Shown: positions 39,718 through 50,975 of the stretch, piece by piece
How the letters are laid out: each line of letters starts with the position of its first letter
Numbering within the stretch: position 1 is the stretch's first letter
Assembly: GCA_963803145.1 (NCBI GenBank)
Contig: CAWDLW010000008.1
Coordinates: forward strand, 480,001 to 544,000
DNA length: 64,000 bases
Direction of reading: 5' to 3'
From: Methanotrichaceae archaeon
GTDB lineage: Archaea > Halobacteriota > Methanosarcinia > Methanotrichales > Methanotrichaceae
Position numbers and translations under genes: made by a program
The notes under the pieces: model-generated
The model's input: the letters and a program-made list of their open reading frames with translations, nothing else
Databases searched by the model: none
What the model was told of the DNA's origin: nothing

Positions 39718-40167
39718 ATGAATCGAGGATTTAACGAATTTAAAGAGAGTATATTGGGCGTGAAGAGAGAAGTTGAATCCAATAGTAGGAGCCATTGTGT
39801 CGGTGAAGGCTCACTGCTCACATGTAGTTTACTGATAATGTTAATTTCCATAATAGCTATGCTTGTTATTACCCTACCGGCATGCTCAAAGGCCGATTTC
39901 AACCAGAACGCGAGTTCTGGCGCTGATTCAAACACCAGCCAGACCGCATACCTCAAAGGGTTCGATGAAGGCTACTATCTGGGGGGTCTGTACGTCCTCG
40001 CACAGAGCAATGCTACCATTGCAGAGGAGTACGACGTCCTGGTTCAGCAACATAACGATCTGCTAAACAAAACTCTAAGTGAGGAAAATGCAGAATCCAA
40101 TTTGCTCGCCAAGGTGCCCATTCCTGCTATAGCTCCGCGGAAGCCGGTTGACCCATGGGAGCTATAA
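39718..40167 (+). CDS. Membrane or secreted hypothetical protein
   Basis: Hydrophobic segment followed by a polar domain. Confidence 0.6.
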   Translation: MNRGFNEFKESILGVKREVESNSRSHCVGEGSLLTCSLLIMLISIIAMLVITLPACSKADFNQNASSGADSNTSQTAYLKGFDEGYYLGGLYVLAQSNATIAEEYDVLVQQHNDLLNKTLSEENAESNLLAKVPIPAIAPRKPVDPWEL

Positions 40168-40247
40168 GCTAAAGCATAGCATGCTAGTAGTAGCATGCTT
40201 AGGTTTTCCAAAGGGACAGCCCTTTGGGAATCACTTTCTAAATCCCT

Positions 40248-40529
40248 TCAAATACTGGGAACCCACCCTCCATAATCATTATCTAACAATTGCTGTACTG
40301 GGATCAGCTGTCCGGATGAATTCAGTGCATAACCCATCGGAGTTTTGCCCCAAGTCCAGAGACCCGGCATCGCTGTGGTGTTGGTGGTTTGTGACGGGCC
40401 AGCTATCTGCGCCAGAATAGTCTGACCGCTGGCTCCACTGAGCTGCACCGGCTCGACAGCATTAGAGCCCAACGCCAATAACAAAACAACCAAGACGCAT
40501 ATCAATAGAGTTTTCATAGTATCTCCCAC
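40248..40529 (-). CDS. Small secreted protein
   Basis: Signal peptide; LWTWGKTPMGY motif. Confidence 0.65.
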   Translation of the reverse strand: MGDTMKTLLICVLVVLLLALGSNAVEPVQLSGASGQTILAQIAGPSQTTNTTAMPGLWTWGKTPMGYALNSSGQLIPVQQLLDNDYGGWVPSI

Positions 40530-40753
40530 TTTAAACTGACTTATACCAGGTGGCTGTAGTATCGAAGCTTGAATAGATATAAAGATGTAGTATGCCGGTA
40601 CTGCTGCGTATAGAGCTGCTGCGGCAAAGATTGTGTTAAAGGGATTCAGTTATCAAAAATATCTAATAGTCTCCCTTATCGCTAAGATATTTGATAAAAA
40701 GGGAGCCTAAAGGCATTATTCGCTGAGCTTGCCTTCAGACTAACGATCAGTTC

Positions 40754-41812
40754 CTAATCGCAATAGAACTCTGCTATCGGTTGAGGATAACCATGTTCAA
40801 TCATGGTATTTATGCATTGAGCCCTATCATAATTAGGACTCATCCTCGAAGTACTGCCCTCAAACTCCAGCCAGCCCTGTGATGCAGTTACGCCAGTTTT
40901 TTTGGCCACGCTATTTCCGCCAATGCTTTTTGCCCTGCTATCAAAGAATATGTCAGATTTGACCACGGCATCCGGCATAAAGGGATATTGCCAATATTTT
41001 GTCGAGGTAGCACCATTTGAATTCAGAGTTGCATAGAGCCATTTAGTCTTTGGGGCTTGATCCAATCTAACTTGAACATCTTTGTTCACGCCATCTGAAA
41101 CAGCCTCATAGCCCAGGATATTTTCGTCTTCATCGAAGACAACTACGAACGAAGGCCCTTTGCTGATTACTTGAGGAAGTATTACTATGCCAGCAGGATC
41201 ATCGCCAGTTTGAGTCCTGACCATGATCGATGGAGGCTGAATTGTTGCAGCCTTTGTCTCCAGTATGATGTTCCCTTCTGTCAAATGGAATGTATTCAAC
41301 ATATCCTTGGTCATATTATCTGGCAGCTGGAGGATCATCTCAACTTTCGTCTTTCCTACAAGGAAGTCATAGCCCTCAATCTTCTTGCTGTCCAGCCAGA
41401 CCTCAACAGCACTGCTATTGGCTGTTTTATTATCCATGGCTCCAGATAATGTTGTTGATATCATCTGTCCAACTTTTCCATCGATTGTAGGATAAGATAC
41501 GCTGAAGTTACTGATCGTAGGATCATTTTCCAGATAGAGCTGCTGCCAGAATGTACACGGGAAGTCTGCAAGTTGCCAGTTATTGTATTTTATTATGCCC
41601 ACAGCAGCCCTTGTATCATTGTCAAACCTTACTTCAAACATATAGCTTGAAGAATTGTTTTCAATAGATTCGGGGTGCAGTGTTATACTATAATTCCTTG
41701 TGGTGTTCAGATCAAAGGAAGCGTTATATGGACCTGCCGATATCTCTTCATGCTTTGCCAAAGCAGATGTGACAAGCAGGGCCATCACGGCTAAGATAAA
41801 CAACGCTTTCAT
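40754..41812 (-). CDS. Secreted hypothetical protein
   Basis: Signal peptide; GPYNASFDL. Confidence 0.75.
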   Translation of the reverse strand: MKALFILAVMALLVTSALAKHEEISAGPYNASFDLNTTRNYSITLHPESIENNSSSYMFEVRFDNDTRAAVGIIKYNNWQLADFPCTFWQQLYLENDPTISNFSVSYPTIDGKVGQMISTTLSGAMDNKTANSSAVEVWLDSKKIEGYDFLVGKTKVEMILQLPDNMTKDMLNTFHLTEGNIILETKAATIQPPSIMVRTQTGDDPAGIVILPQVISKGPSFVVVFDEDENILGYEAVSDGVNKDVQVRLDQAPKTKWLYATLNSNGATSTKYWQYPFMPDAVVKSDIFFDSRAKSIGGNSVAKKTGVTASQGWLEFEGSTSRMSPNYDRAQCINTMIEHGYPQPIAEFYCD

Positions 41813-42238
41813 ATTTTATCCCTCCGGATTCCTAAAGGATTTTTAGGATATTTCCTCCCAACGATTGTTGCAAGCATATAAATCTTTTCAGTTTCTAAAA
41901 GCATTTTGCGTATAGAATGATATATGTAGAAAACAAATGAAAATAAAATTGTTACACGATTATATTCCCTCAATTTATGTGGAGGTTTAGGGGAGGAAAG
42001 GGCTGTAAAGCGAAGAGTATGCCATCTAATGCCACTCTAGCGGCTTCCACCTGCCTACATCCCCTCCAAGCGGCCAATTCATAATCGAACGATTCTCTAT
42101 TTGACCTGCTCATAGATTGCTCAGGCATTGATTTTGCTACGAGCACAATCAGAGCAGCCGCTATCTGTCGCGTTTTTTTATCATTTACCCCTATTTTGGT
42201 CCAGTAATTAAACGCTGTCTTTTGAGGAACACTCCCAT

Positions 42239-43534
42239 TCACATCAGCTGAATTGGATTAGCTGGCTCAGGCTGCGGCTCAGGATAAGGTTGAGGTTGAG
42301 GTTGAGGTTCAGGCATTAGATTAATCGGCTGAATTGCAACCTCTCCCACTTCAATATATGCACTATCTCTTGCACAACCTCCATCATTACATGCCGATAG
42401 AGTGAAAGCTGTGCTATATGATGGACTGACAGAAATCGAGCCGCTTGAGCCTACGCGTCTGCCGTTGATATCCACTCCATCGGCCCCAGAAACGCTCCAG
42501 CTCAAAGTAGTGCTGTCTCCTCTTGAAATAACACCTTTGCTGGCGCCGAAATAATTGATTACAGGCGGCCGCGGTCTTGGCGTCACTGATATCTGTGCAG
42601 TGGCGGCAGTGCTTCCAGCATCGTTTGATGCAGTTAAAGTATAGGTAGTTGTAGAAGAAGGTCTAATGAGGCGTGAGCCTGTTGAGGGAACAGGACCTAT
42701 TCTATCTATCGCTATATTGGAGGCGCCCGAAACGCTCCAGTATAAGGTAGTGCTCTGTCCGTCTATAATACGCCTTGAATCGGCATAAAAGGAATTGATC
42801 ACAGGCTTGCTTTGGGTCGGCCTCTCAACAGCCACGACTGTGTGTGCTGTAACCACCTCTCCAGCGTTTTTGGCTGCAAGGACATAGGTGGTTGTACCAA
42901 CAGGCATTATAGCCATCGATCCCTTGAGAGCTACCTTCCCAAGACCAGATATTGTGACCTCTGTAGCATCGGAGACCGACCACGAGAGCGTAGTGCTTTC
43001 TCCATTCTTTATTGTAGATGGTGTTGCCTGGAAGTATCTGATCACAGGTTGTGTTATCACTGGTTGCTTGATTTCTCTCGGCATCGCCAGGCTTTTGTTT
43101 ACAATCACACTCGTATTGGCGGTGGTATTTCCGACTGCGTTTTCGGCGATCAAAGTATAGTTCGTGCTGTTGATCGGGCGAACGAAAATGGAGCCGTTAA
43201 TCTCCGATATGCCTGATGAGCTGTTCCCAAGGTTGAGGATGATTCCTCCAGGATCTACGAATAGGATATCTGCGCGAGAGACTGTCCAATTTAGGGTGGC
43301 ATTCCCTCCGGAATTCACTATGCTCGGGCTCGCCTCAAAAAGATGAATGACCGGCCTGCCGGAGACGCTATCCACTGCGGGAGATGCCATACAGGGCATA
43401 GCCTGCAGAATAAGTGCCGTGATTAAGATCCCTGAAATTAAGAATGCCAGTGACCTATGGCTTCCAATATTTATCGGCAAAAAGCTCTTACATATCATTT
43501 CGCCACTTCTGCTGGCGACATCTACTTTATTCAC
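42239..43534 (-). CDS. Surface protein with PKD/Ig-like repeats
   Basis: Four PVI..F.A...G.S.TL.WSVS...YTL.A.N..G repeats; PQ-rich tail. Confidence 0.8.
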   Translation of the reverse strand: MNKVDVASRSGEMICKSFLPINIGSHRSLAFLISGILITALILQAMPCMASPAVDSVSGRPVIHLFEASPSIVNSGGNATLNWTVSRADILFVDPGGIILNLGNSSSGISEINGSIFVRPINSTNYTLIAENAVGNTTANTSVIVNKSLAMPREIKQPVITQPVIRYFQATPSTIKNGESTTLSWSVSDATEVTISGLGKVALKGSMAIMPVGTTTYVLAAKNAGEVVTAHTVVAVERPTQSKPVINSFYADSRRIIDGQSTTLYWSVSGASNIAIDRIGPVPSTGSRLIRPSSTTTYTLTASNDAGSTAATAQISVTPRPRPPVINYFGASKGVISRGDSTTLSWSVSGADGVDINGRRVGSSGSISVSPSYSTAFTLSACNDGGCARDSAYIEVGEVAIQPINLMPEPQPQPQPYPEPQPEPANPIQLM

Positions 43535-43945
43535 AATTTATCCCTCCTACTATCTATGTTCGTTTATAAGCGCAAATCGTAAATGTTTCGAAAAACGCTG
43601 GACCAATAGTATAAATTAATATCGACGAGTCATATCCAGATTATTTGGGCCCCTTCGAATTAATAGCTAAAGGATGGAAGTGAGATTCACCGATTGTATG
43701 TTGAACATTCAGAGGGTGGAAGACGGTTGAATGCATAAAAGCATCTGAGCTCTATTTGAGCTCTGTTTCCTGGGCCATGGTTGATCAACTTAAAGCTTGG
43801 GTGCTCCTCGGCAATCTCAGCTATCTCTTGCATAGGAACCTTTGCACAGGCGTGCCTATCAAAAGTATTTAACCAGTGAGATAACAAACATATGCTAACC
43901 TAAGAGGAATAGCATGGATAGTGTAACTGAATCCAAAATACAGGA

Positions 43946-44407
43946 ATGGTGGTGATAGAGATGGCCAAGGTTCTGATCGTATATCATACCTTATCCGGAA
44001 ACACTGAGAAGATGGCAAAGGCATTCGCTGAAGGTGCCAGAAGCGTCCCGGGCACTGAGGCCGTTCTTAAGAAGGCATTAGATGCAGGCTTGGAGGATCT
44101 TCTAAGATGTGACGCCGTAGCATTTGGATCTGCCGATTACTTCAGCTATATAGCAGGAGCGCTCAAAGATTTCTTCGATCGCACTTACTACCCTTCTCAG
44201 GGTAAGGTGGCAGGGAAACCATATGCTGCATTTGCAACTGGAGGAAGAGGTGGAGATACAGCTCTTGCAGTGCTCGATCGCCTGTGCGGCGCATTCAAGC
44301 TCGAGAAGTCGGTAGACAGCATATCTGTCTCAGGAGCGCCGTCCTCAGATGTTTTGGCTAAATGCAAAGATGCAGGAGAGAAATTGGCGAAGATTGTCTC
44401 GAAGTAA
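43946..44407 (+). CDS. Flavodoxin-like protein
   Basis: IVYHTLSGNTEKMA FMN-binding loop. Confidence 0.88.
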   Translation: MVVIEMAKVLIVYHTLSGNTEKMAKAFAEGARSVPGTEAVLKKALDAGLEDLLRCDAVAFGSADYFSYIAGALKDFFDRTYYPSQGKVAGKPYAAFATGGRGGDTALAVLDRLCGAFKLEKSVDSISVSGAPSSDVLAKCKDAGEKLAKIVSK

Positions 44408-44697
44408 TTGTGACTGCTTGGCGCTGCTCAAACATAGGCTCAAACATGGCATCTGAAAAAACGATGTAGCATACACTATTTACCGTTGAGTCCTCAGCAG
44501 CCTAGTTCAACTGTCTACCAAATGTGCGGAAATCTTGCTTCCGCACATATTTAGCCATCTATCCCTTATCACTCTGCCATATCGCTATCATCTTCCTTCA
44601 TTCCTCCATTAGCACCGCATGTATTGATCATGCCCCGCCATGTTTTCCAGGGGAACATATTCTCTCTTTTTATACTAGAACAGTATTCCCATTTTTC

Positions 44698-45300
44698 ATG
44701 ATAGATTCCAGCATTCTGGCAGGATTTGTGCCCTGGATAGTCTTTGCAATAGCATCCGGCTTTGTAGGCACGAGGATGGCCGCGTTCATTGGCCTGGCCC
44801 TGACACTAATCCTCTTCCTACCGCGTGCTCTGAAAAGGATTTATACTTCCATGGACCTCTTCGGTGTAGTCTTCTTCTTGCTCCTGGCATTATCTAGCCT
44901 TACTCTTAGCGATAGTAACCTTGAGCGCCTTAAGATCTGGTCAGGAGTGCTGATCTACGGCGGCCTCTCGGTCTTTTCCTGGGCCACCATCTTGAGAGGC
45001 GATCCCTTCACAAGAGAGTATGCAAGACGCATGGTTCCCAAGGAGTTCTGGCAGAGCAGCCTATTCTTGAACTCCACTAAATCCATTGCTCTCGGATGGA
45101 GCGCTGCCTTCCTGGGAGCCACTGTCATTTCTTTGGCAGGCGTTCTGATGGGCTTCAGAAGTTCGCTTATTTACTCTCTGGGCATCGGGTGCATGATCAT
45201 TGCTATCCTCTGGCATAGGAGGGTGTACGCTGCTACTCAAGCTGAAGGGAAACGGTTGAGAGATGCTGGCCATAAGGATAGAGCGCTTCAGCCACCCTAG
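44698..45300 (+). CDS. Integral membrane protein
   Basis: Multiple TM segments, PFTREYAR; likely start MIDSS. Confidence 0.7.
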   Translation: MIDSSILAGFVPWIVFAIASGFVGTRMAAFIGLALTLILFLPRALKRIYTSMDLFGVVFFLLLALSSLTLSDSNLERLKIWSGVLIYGGLSVFSWATILRGDPFTREYARRMVPKEFWQSSLFLNSTKSIALGWSAAFLGATVISLAGVLMGFRSSLIYSLGIGCMIIAILWHRRVYAATQAEGKRLRDAGHKDRALQPP

Positions 45301-45550
45301 CTATTTTTGATATTCCGCAGAGATCAATTACTGCATCATTCGCTTGGCTGTCTTCGGCCTTGCGATTAAATGCGATTACTTTCATAATGCTATGCCTCTA
45401 AGGGGTGGCTCAAAGCCGGACTATTTATACCCTTCTTAAGGATATCGAAAGCTCTCCGAGCCTGCCATTGAGATCTGAATTCCAGATTGATTTCATAGGC
45501 CTTTCAGCATTTTCGCATAAGATGAAGCCTGAATAAGCCGATAACAGAAA

Positions 45551-45610
45551 AAGGTTTTGAGTAGGGCTATGGTGGCTTGAACGCCGGTCACAAGACACTC
45601 AAGATTGTAG
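45551..45610 (-). repeat. Degenerate copy of the tRNA-Pro 3' half (candidate att site)
   Basis: ttgaacgccggtcacaagac (45577-45596) is identical to 62067-62086; flanking aaggttttg and ttgtagg are also shared. Confidence 0.75.
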
Positions 45611-45677
45611 GCAATTGGGGCGTCTCATGATCTTAAGTCCCCACGATTGCCTCTATAAAGGTGAAAGCGTTCTTATC

Positions 45678-46283
45678 CTAATTTCTCACCCTACACCGTC
45701 CCATTTCTCTGCCGAATTTCCCAGAGTTCGCCAGGATCAGTGCATCGTATTTGCCACTGAAATTGCCGCTATTCATGGTTAGCTTACCCTGCCCTACAAG
45801 GCTATTTTCAAGGATCGTGAAATCCAATGAGATATGGCCTACAACTGCTGTACTGTTGTTTATATTAGCGAGTGTTATTGGACCTGCTATATCTGCTCCT
45901 ATGTTTGAATTATTATCATCTTCAGTCTTAGATGTAATATTGGACAGCTTATAGAGGTTACCTCCAAGAACTAAGCTTCCATTATAGGATGCATCATCCA
46001 TCTCAGTCATTACCTGATCCTTTATGTCGGATTTAATCTGTCCAAGGGTCTTGTTATCGGAAATGAGCTTGCCGATTTTTGCAGGATCGAACTCGGCTAT
46101 GCCCAAAATCCCTATCTTGAGAAGGTGGACTTCGCTGCCGTTTATGGCAAAGCCGCTGCCAGAATGCTGGACTAGCAAGATCAACGAGGAGGACTGATTC
46201 GACGGTGCACAAAGAGCTGGCATGACTAAGAGGCAAAGAGCCATAGCTGCAGCCAGTATTAAGGATTTGGTTGAATGTTTCAT
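45678..46283 (-). CDS. Secreted hypothetical protein
   Basis: Signal peptide. Confidence 0.7.
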   Translation of the reverse strand: MKHSTKSLILAAAMALCLLVMPALCAPSNQSSSLILLVQHSGSGFAINGSEVHLLKIGILGIAEFDPAKIGKLISDNKTLGQIKSDIKDQVMTEMDDASYNGSLVLGGNLYKLSNITSKTEDDNNSNIGADIAGPITLANINNSTAVVGHISLDFTILENSLVGQGKLTMNSGNFSGKYDALILANSGKFGREMGRCRVRN

Positions 46284-46583
46284 ATTTCACATATCTCCCT
46301 TTAGTTTCTCACCTAATGGCGTATGAAGCCTATTAGATGACTTATTTCCCCAAGCCTACTATTGCCGATTCTAATTATATAAAGCTTGCTAAGTCATGCA
46401 AAAATAAGCCGAATTAATTATCATTAGTAATATTCTGGACATAGCATTCAGTTGATGCAGATGTAGGAATCATCTCATAATGCTATCGATTATTAGTTGT
46501 CCCACACATGGGAAACCACGGGAAATTGGGGAAATCGATAAATCCTCAACTACCCCAATTTTCCCATTATCTCAGACTCACAC

Positions 46584-47219
46584 CTAAGATAGATTTACGT
46601 TTGTATCTGTTGCTAATGAGTTCATCAAATCTAAATCAACCTTACCATTCTCATTCCAGAGCACATAGAAATCGATCCTATCGTCGTGATTGAAATCGAA
46701 GGTTCGCATAGACCTAGTGATGTATTTTGATGCGCGCATCATATGACCCGTCGCAACATAATCGCCATTATCCAGCTTATAGATAGATGGATTAGTGTAC
46801 AGGTTGCCGTCTGCATCATGGTTCCAAAGCTTCTGTATGTTGTCTAGGGAGGTATCTCTCGACTCCCAGGTAGAGGGGCTGTGCGGCAAAATGAATAAGC
46901 TATCCCCAGTGCTCAAGTCCACTGTTATCAGCTTTCCAAGTTCGTTATTAGTTCCATTAGTCGTTCCATTATTAGCCCCAGCGCCCCATTGAACATTCGC
47001 AGTAACTGTAGGCGGTGTAGAGAAGCTAATCTCAAACGTGCTGTATTTATGACTGTATTCTTCACCTGCTACAATTCCGGCGGTAATTGCCAGTGCAAAT
47101 ATTATGCAGAGCATAATTTTCATGACCAATTCATCCCCTTCATAATTAAGTATTTTAGTAAGTAATAAAAAGCTTTTGGTGAAACTATTTAAGGAACTGA
47201 TATGTACTTCTTCAGGCAT
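46584..47219 (-). CDS. Secreted hypothetical protein
   Basis: Signal peptide from MKIMLCIIF (true start likely near 47123). Confidence 0.65.
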   Translation of the reverse strand: MPEEVHISSLNSFTKSFLLLTKILNYEGDELVMKIMLCIIFALAITAGIVAGEEYSHKYSTFEISFSTPPTVTANVQWGAGANNGTTNGTNNELGKLITVDLSTGDSLFILPHSPSTWESRDTSLDNIQKLWNHDADGNLYTNPSIYKLDNGDYVATGHMMRASKYITRSMRTFDFNHDDRIDFYVLWNENGKVDLDLMNSLATDTNVNLS

Positions 47220-47360
47220 TAATTACCGAAATGGTTTATAATTTTGGTGTAAGTTAATTTATAAAAAAAGGTGGGCGGCTATCTGGCTGAGCACTCATAG
47301 GCCCACCCTTATAAACCGCCATTATTTACTACCCTTTGTAAGCCACTCTTGTAAGCAATT

Positions 47361-49358
47361 CTAGCTTAAAGTTCCATTATTCAGCTCATCCAGCTGATTC
47401 ACCCTGAGCTTTACTATATCCATGGCATCCTCGAAGAGCTTCCTGTTGATCTCCAGCCCGAAGTACTTCTTGAGCTTCTCAGGCGGAGTCATAGTAGTGC
47501 CTGCCGAAAGATATGCAACATAGTTCTTGTTGAACTCCTGAGGATTCTCTTTGTACATCTTGAAGAGTGACAGGGTTATGGCCTCAGACAGAGCATAGTT
47601 GAAGGTGTAATAGTTATCTGTGAAGTAGATATGGCTAATATAAGTCCACCTCTGCTCGCTCTGAGGGTAGTAGGCAACTTCATTGCTCTTGTATTCATTC
47701 TCAAGGCTGCCCCAAAGGGCATTCAGATCTGAACCGCTAACGTTTGCCTTCTGGTTTGCCTCTTTGCTAACAAGTTGATGGGCATTATGCTCAAACTCAG
47801 TGATCATGGTCTGGAATGTGAATTCATTGGCATAATCGCTGATATGATTGGCCAAGACTGCCGTGGCTGTATCTTTATCGTAGTTCTTGATGGCATAATC
47901 CATGAAGAGCTCCTCATCGAAGGTGGAAGGTATCTCCATCTCGTATATGGTGCCTCCGCAATAGATGTAATCCAGAGACTGCCCCATGAGGTAGAAGTCG
48001 ATGGCGTGGCCCATCTCATGGGCTATGGTGGATTTGTCATCAATCAGCCCTTTATAGTTCAGGAATACGAGCGCGGGACGCTTCAGAGCGCAGAGATCCT
48101 GTGTATATTGTATGGTTTGCTTTTCTGGATTCGGATAAACATCTACAGAGTTGCTTGTGACGGTCTTTATGAATGCCTGATCGAATGCCGGATCCATCTG
48201 GGAAAGTGATCCCTCGATCTCCTTTACGGCATCAATATAGCTAGTTTTCTTGTTAGGATCCTTCATGAGCTGAAGGAAGAGATCGTATGGTGCAAGCTTT
48301 TCGACGCCCATCTTCGCTCTGCGGAACTCATAATATCCGTCGAAGTCTCCTTTTCGCTCCTTGAATACCTGGTTCATCTCATCTATCTGTGATGCGTTTA
48401 GATATGATTCAAACATCATGGCATCATAAGCATCTGAGTAGTTCAGCTCCCGGGCATATTTATCATCGAGCTTCGATTTATTGACATAGAGGGACCCCAT
48501 CTCGTTCGATTCGTTAAGCAGATGGCGGTAACGCAGATCGTAGCAGTTCTTCCGATCGCTTCTATTTGTGTTGGTCATGAGAAGATCGTAGTAAGATGTG
48601 GAATTGACGGCGAACTGCTGTCCGTTTGCAAGAGTTATGTTCCCTGCTTGGGTTACATTATTGGTGATCAACTTCTCGGCTGTGGTATCAAGCTTCATGA
48701 GCTGATTGGAAAGATCTGCCAGATATGCAGCTTGCGTCTCATTCCTGGGGCGGTGATCAACAAAGCGGATATAGCTCGCCTCCAGATAGGGACGGTATTT
48801 CTCCAACCGAGGCTCCCCAGCAAATAGCCTGTCCCACTCCGATCTTGGCAGCGACTTCAGCTTCACATCGGCAAACGAAGTGGCCTTAGTATAATTAGTG
48901 GACAGGTTCTGGACATCGGAGAGGAATGCCTGATAGAACATATCATTGACATCTAGGCTGTTCTGTGCATTTGCATAAGCATATAGGACGTTCAATGACT
49001 TAGAGAAGTTTTCATCACTTTGGATATAATCAAGCAGCACTGTTCCTGTCAGGTTATTGAACCTCGGCCGGAAGGTCTGGTTGACCTGTTCTATTGTTAG
49101 ATTCAGCTTCTGATACTCGAGCTTAGCAGCATCCTTGTCCTTATAGAGAAATGACAGATTCCAAGAGGTGGTGATCTTGCTGGCATCAAGGCTTGGTGCA
49201 GTGACGTTTCCTGAGGCGTTCAACGGCTGAGCAGCTTCTGCGGAAGCAACCAGAATGGCTGCCGTAACCGTAGATATGATGACTGCTATGCCGACTAGTA
49301 CTAAATGGTTCATCTTCTTACTCCCTTTAGATATGAGATTTTGATCACTATAGCCCAT
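47361..49358 (-). CDS. Oligoendopeptidase F (M3B) with a signal peptide
   Basis: WNLSFLY, TIAHEMGH zinc motif, EIPSTF.E, W..ISH.Y..YY. Confidence 0.9.
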   Translation of the reverse strand: MGYSDQNLISKGSKKMNHLVLVGIAVIISTVTAAILVASAEAAQPLNASGNVTAPSLDASKITTSWNLSFLYKDKDAAKLEYQKLNLTIEQVNQTFRPRFNNLTGTVLLDYIQSDENFSKSLNVLYAYANAQNSLDVNDMFYQAFLSDVQNLSTNYTKATSFADVKLKSLPRSEWDRLFAGEPRLEKYRPYLEASYIRFVDHRPRNETQAAYLADLSNQLMKLDTTAEKLITNNVTQAGNITLANGQQFAVNSTSYYDLLMTNTNRSDRKNCYDLRYRHLLNESNEMGSLYVNKSKLDDKYARELNYSDAYDAMMFESYLNASQIDEMNQVFKERKGDFDGYYEFRRAKMGVEKLAPYDLFLQLMKDPNKKTSYIDAVKEIEGSLSQMDPAFDQAFIKTVTSNSVDVYPNPEKQTIQYTQDLCALKRPALVFLNYKGLIDDKSTIAHEMGHAIDFYLMGQSLDYIYCGGTIYEMEIPSTFDEELFMDYAIKNYDKDTATAVLANHISDYANEFTFQTMITEFEHNAHQLVSKEANQKANVSGSDLNALWGSLENEYKSNEVAYYPQSEQRWTYISHIYFTDNYYTFNYALSEAITLSLFKMYKENPQEFNKNYVAYLSAGTTMTPPEKLKKYFGLEINRKLFEDAMDIVKLRVNQLDELNNGTLS

Positions 49359-49712
49359 CGATGGGCAGGGCTGAATCTGTAAGCACTTCTTCTTAAAACC
49401 TTTTGTTTAGAAATCAGTTCTCGAAAAACGACTGATCTGATTAAAATACTGCTACTTGGGAGAGATCTGAATTGAAAATAAAAAACGATAATTTTAATTA
49501 TCTATCGAAGAGCTTATTTGAAGCATCACAGATCGTTCATAAGAAATGCCGATACGAATATTTTTTACAATCAGAGTATTCTTAACACCCATATTGATGG
49601 CCTTTTCTTATTTGAGTTTAACTTTATTTTATTAGAGAATAGACTGTATTAGTGTTAATTTTGAGCTAGTAATTGGTCTTTCATTTTGGGGAAGATATGG
49701 AGGCAGGTTGTT

Positions 49713-50660
49713 ATGAGAAGTCTGATTATTATAGTTTTGGGCCTGATGCTGCTTGTATCTACTGCAGCAGCCCTAGGTAACGAAAATAACGGGATTGTAA
49801 CGGTAAATGAAGAAACGACAGGCACGCTGATTACAGGAGCGAATCTTGCCCAGGTGGACGATATCAGTGCCAATCTAATAGGCAGCAATATCTTTGCTGG
49901 CCAGATTGCAGGCTTAATGATCGATGATGGCAACCTCGTAGGACAAAACGATGGCAAGACGAACGCCATACAGGTGGCCAATCTGATGCTCAATGATACA
50001 GGCAGCGCAAATGTTGATTCGCAGTTTGTAGCAATCGATCAGGATGAGAACGATCTGACAATTGGGAACATAACTCAGTTGACTGCGCTGGAAGCTGATG
50101 ATATAGCTTCCGAGAACTCCATAGATCAATCGTCCTCATCCTCTGCAGGTAACTTTTTTGGATTCATGGAGCCAAACTTACTGACAAATAGTGATTTGAA
50201 ACAGACATCTATTCTCGATGCATGTGTAAATGGAAATATCAACAATGTAGTCCAGGGGACTGATCAGTTTATCACAGATAATACCCTGACCAGCTCCAAG
50301 CTCTATGAACAGGCAAACATCAACGCCAATATCCTTGGCAACGAAAACAATTTAGGTCTTGGTAGTCAGGGCGTCTTCCAGATTGCCGACAGCAACCTTC
50401 TGACCGGTTCCTCGGCCAGCCAGCGGATATATCTGGATGAGCAATCCTCAGGAAGCCTCAATGATGTAAGCCAGCTTGCCAGACCATTTCTCTTTGATAA
50501 CACTCTAACTTCGAGCACAGCGTTACAGAGCATCGATGTGGAGACCAGAACATTAGGAGATAGCAACACCTTTGGTCAGAATGTTGATCTCCTAAGTCAG
50601 GGTAATAGTGCAGTTGGCGGTCAACTGGTACAGATTACCAATATCGAAACCAACAGCTAA
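49713..50660 (+). CDS. Secreted Asn/Gln/Gly-rich curlin-like repeat protein
   Basis: Signal peptide; recurring N.LT.S...Q and G..N..Q units; very few basic residues. Confidence 0.6.
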   Translation: MRSLIIIVLGLMLLVSTAAALGNENNGIVTVNEETTGTLITGANLAQVDDISANLIGSNIFAGQIAGLMIDDGNLVGQNDGKTNAIQVANLMLNDTGSANVDSQFVAIDQDENDLTIGNITQLTALEADDIASENSIDQSSSSSAGNFFGFMEPNLLTNSDLKQTSILDACVNGNINNVVQGTDQFITDNTLTSSKLYEQANINANILGNENNLGLGSQGVFQIADSNLLTGSSASQRIYLDEQSSGSLNDVSQLARPFLFDNTLTSSTALQSIDVETRTLGDSNTFGQNVDLLSQGNSAVGGQLVQITNIETNS

Positions 50661-50975
50661 AAGGCGAGAGCTATCTCGCCTCAAATTGTATTTCAAGCAG
50701 TCTGATTATCACATCAGCTTTATTTCAAAAGCAACCGCAGCTGATCAATCGTCATGGTATTTAATCAATTTATAGTGATTCTCCTAGCTTCTTACCCAAA
50801 CAGTTCTGGCCATCGGTCCTCTCAATGCTGATTCTATCGGGGAGTATATGTTAAAGGATGCACTATATACCGACTGGTAATATGATTCTTACACAAACCA
50901 TGAAATCATGATGACACTTCTCCGAGGTTTGAGCAATGGTAAAGAATATCTGCGATCTCTACAATTAAGGAAAGA

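Noticed and set aside
46508-46567. Hairpin gggaaattgggg/ccccaattttccc as a mobile-element end
   Set aside because: Single copy just downstream of a gene stop; more simply a terminator-like structure.
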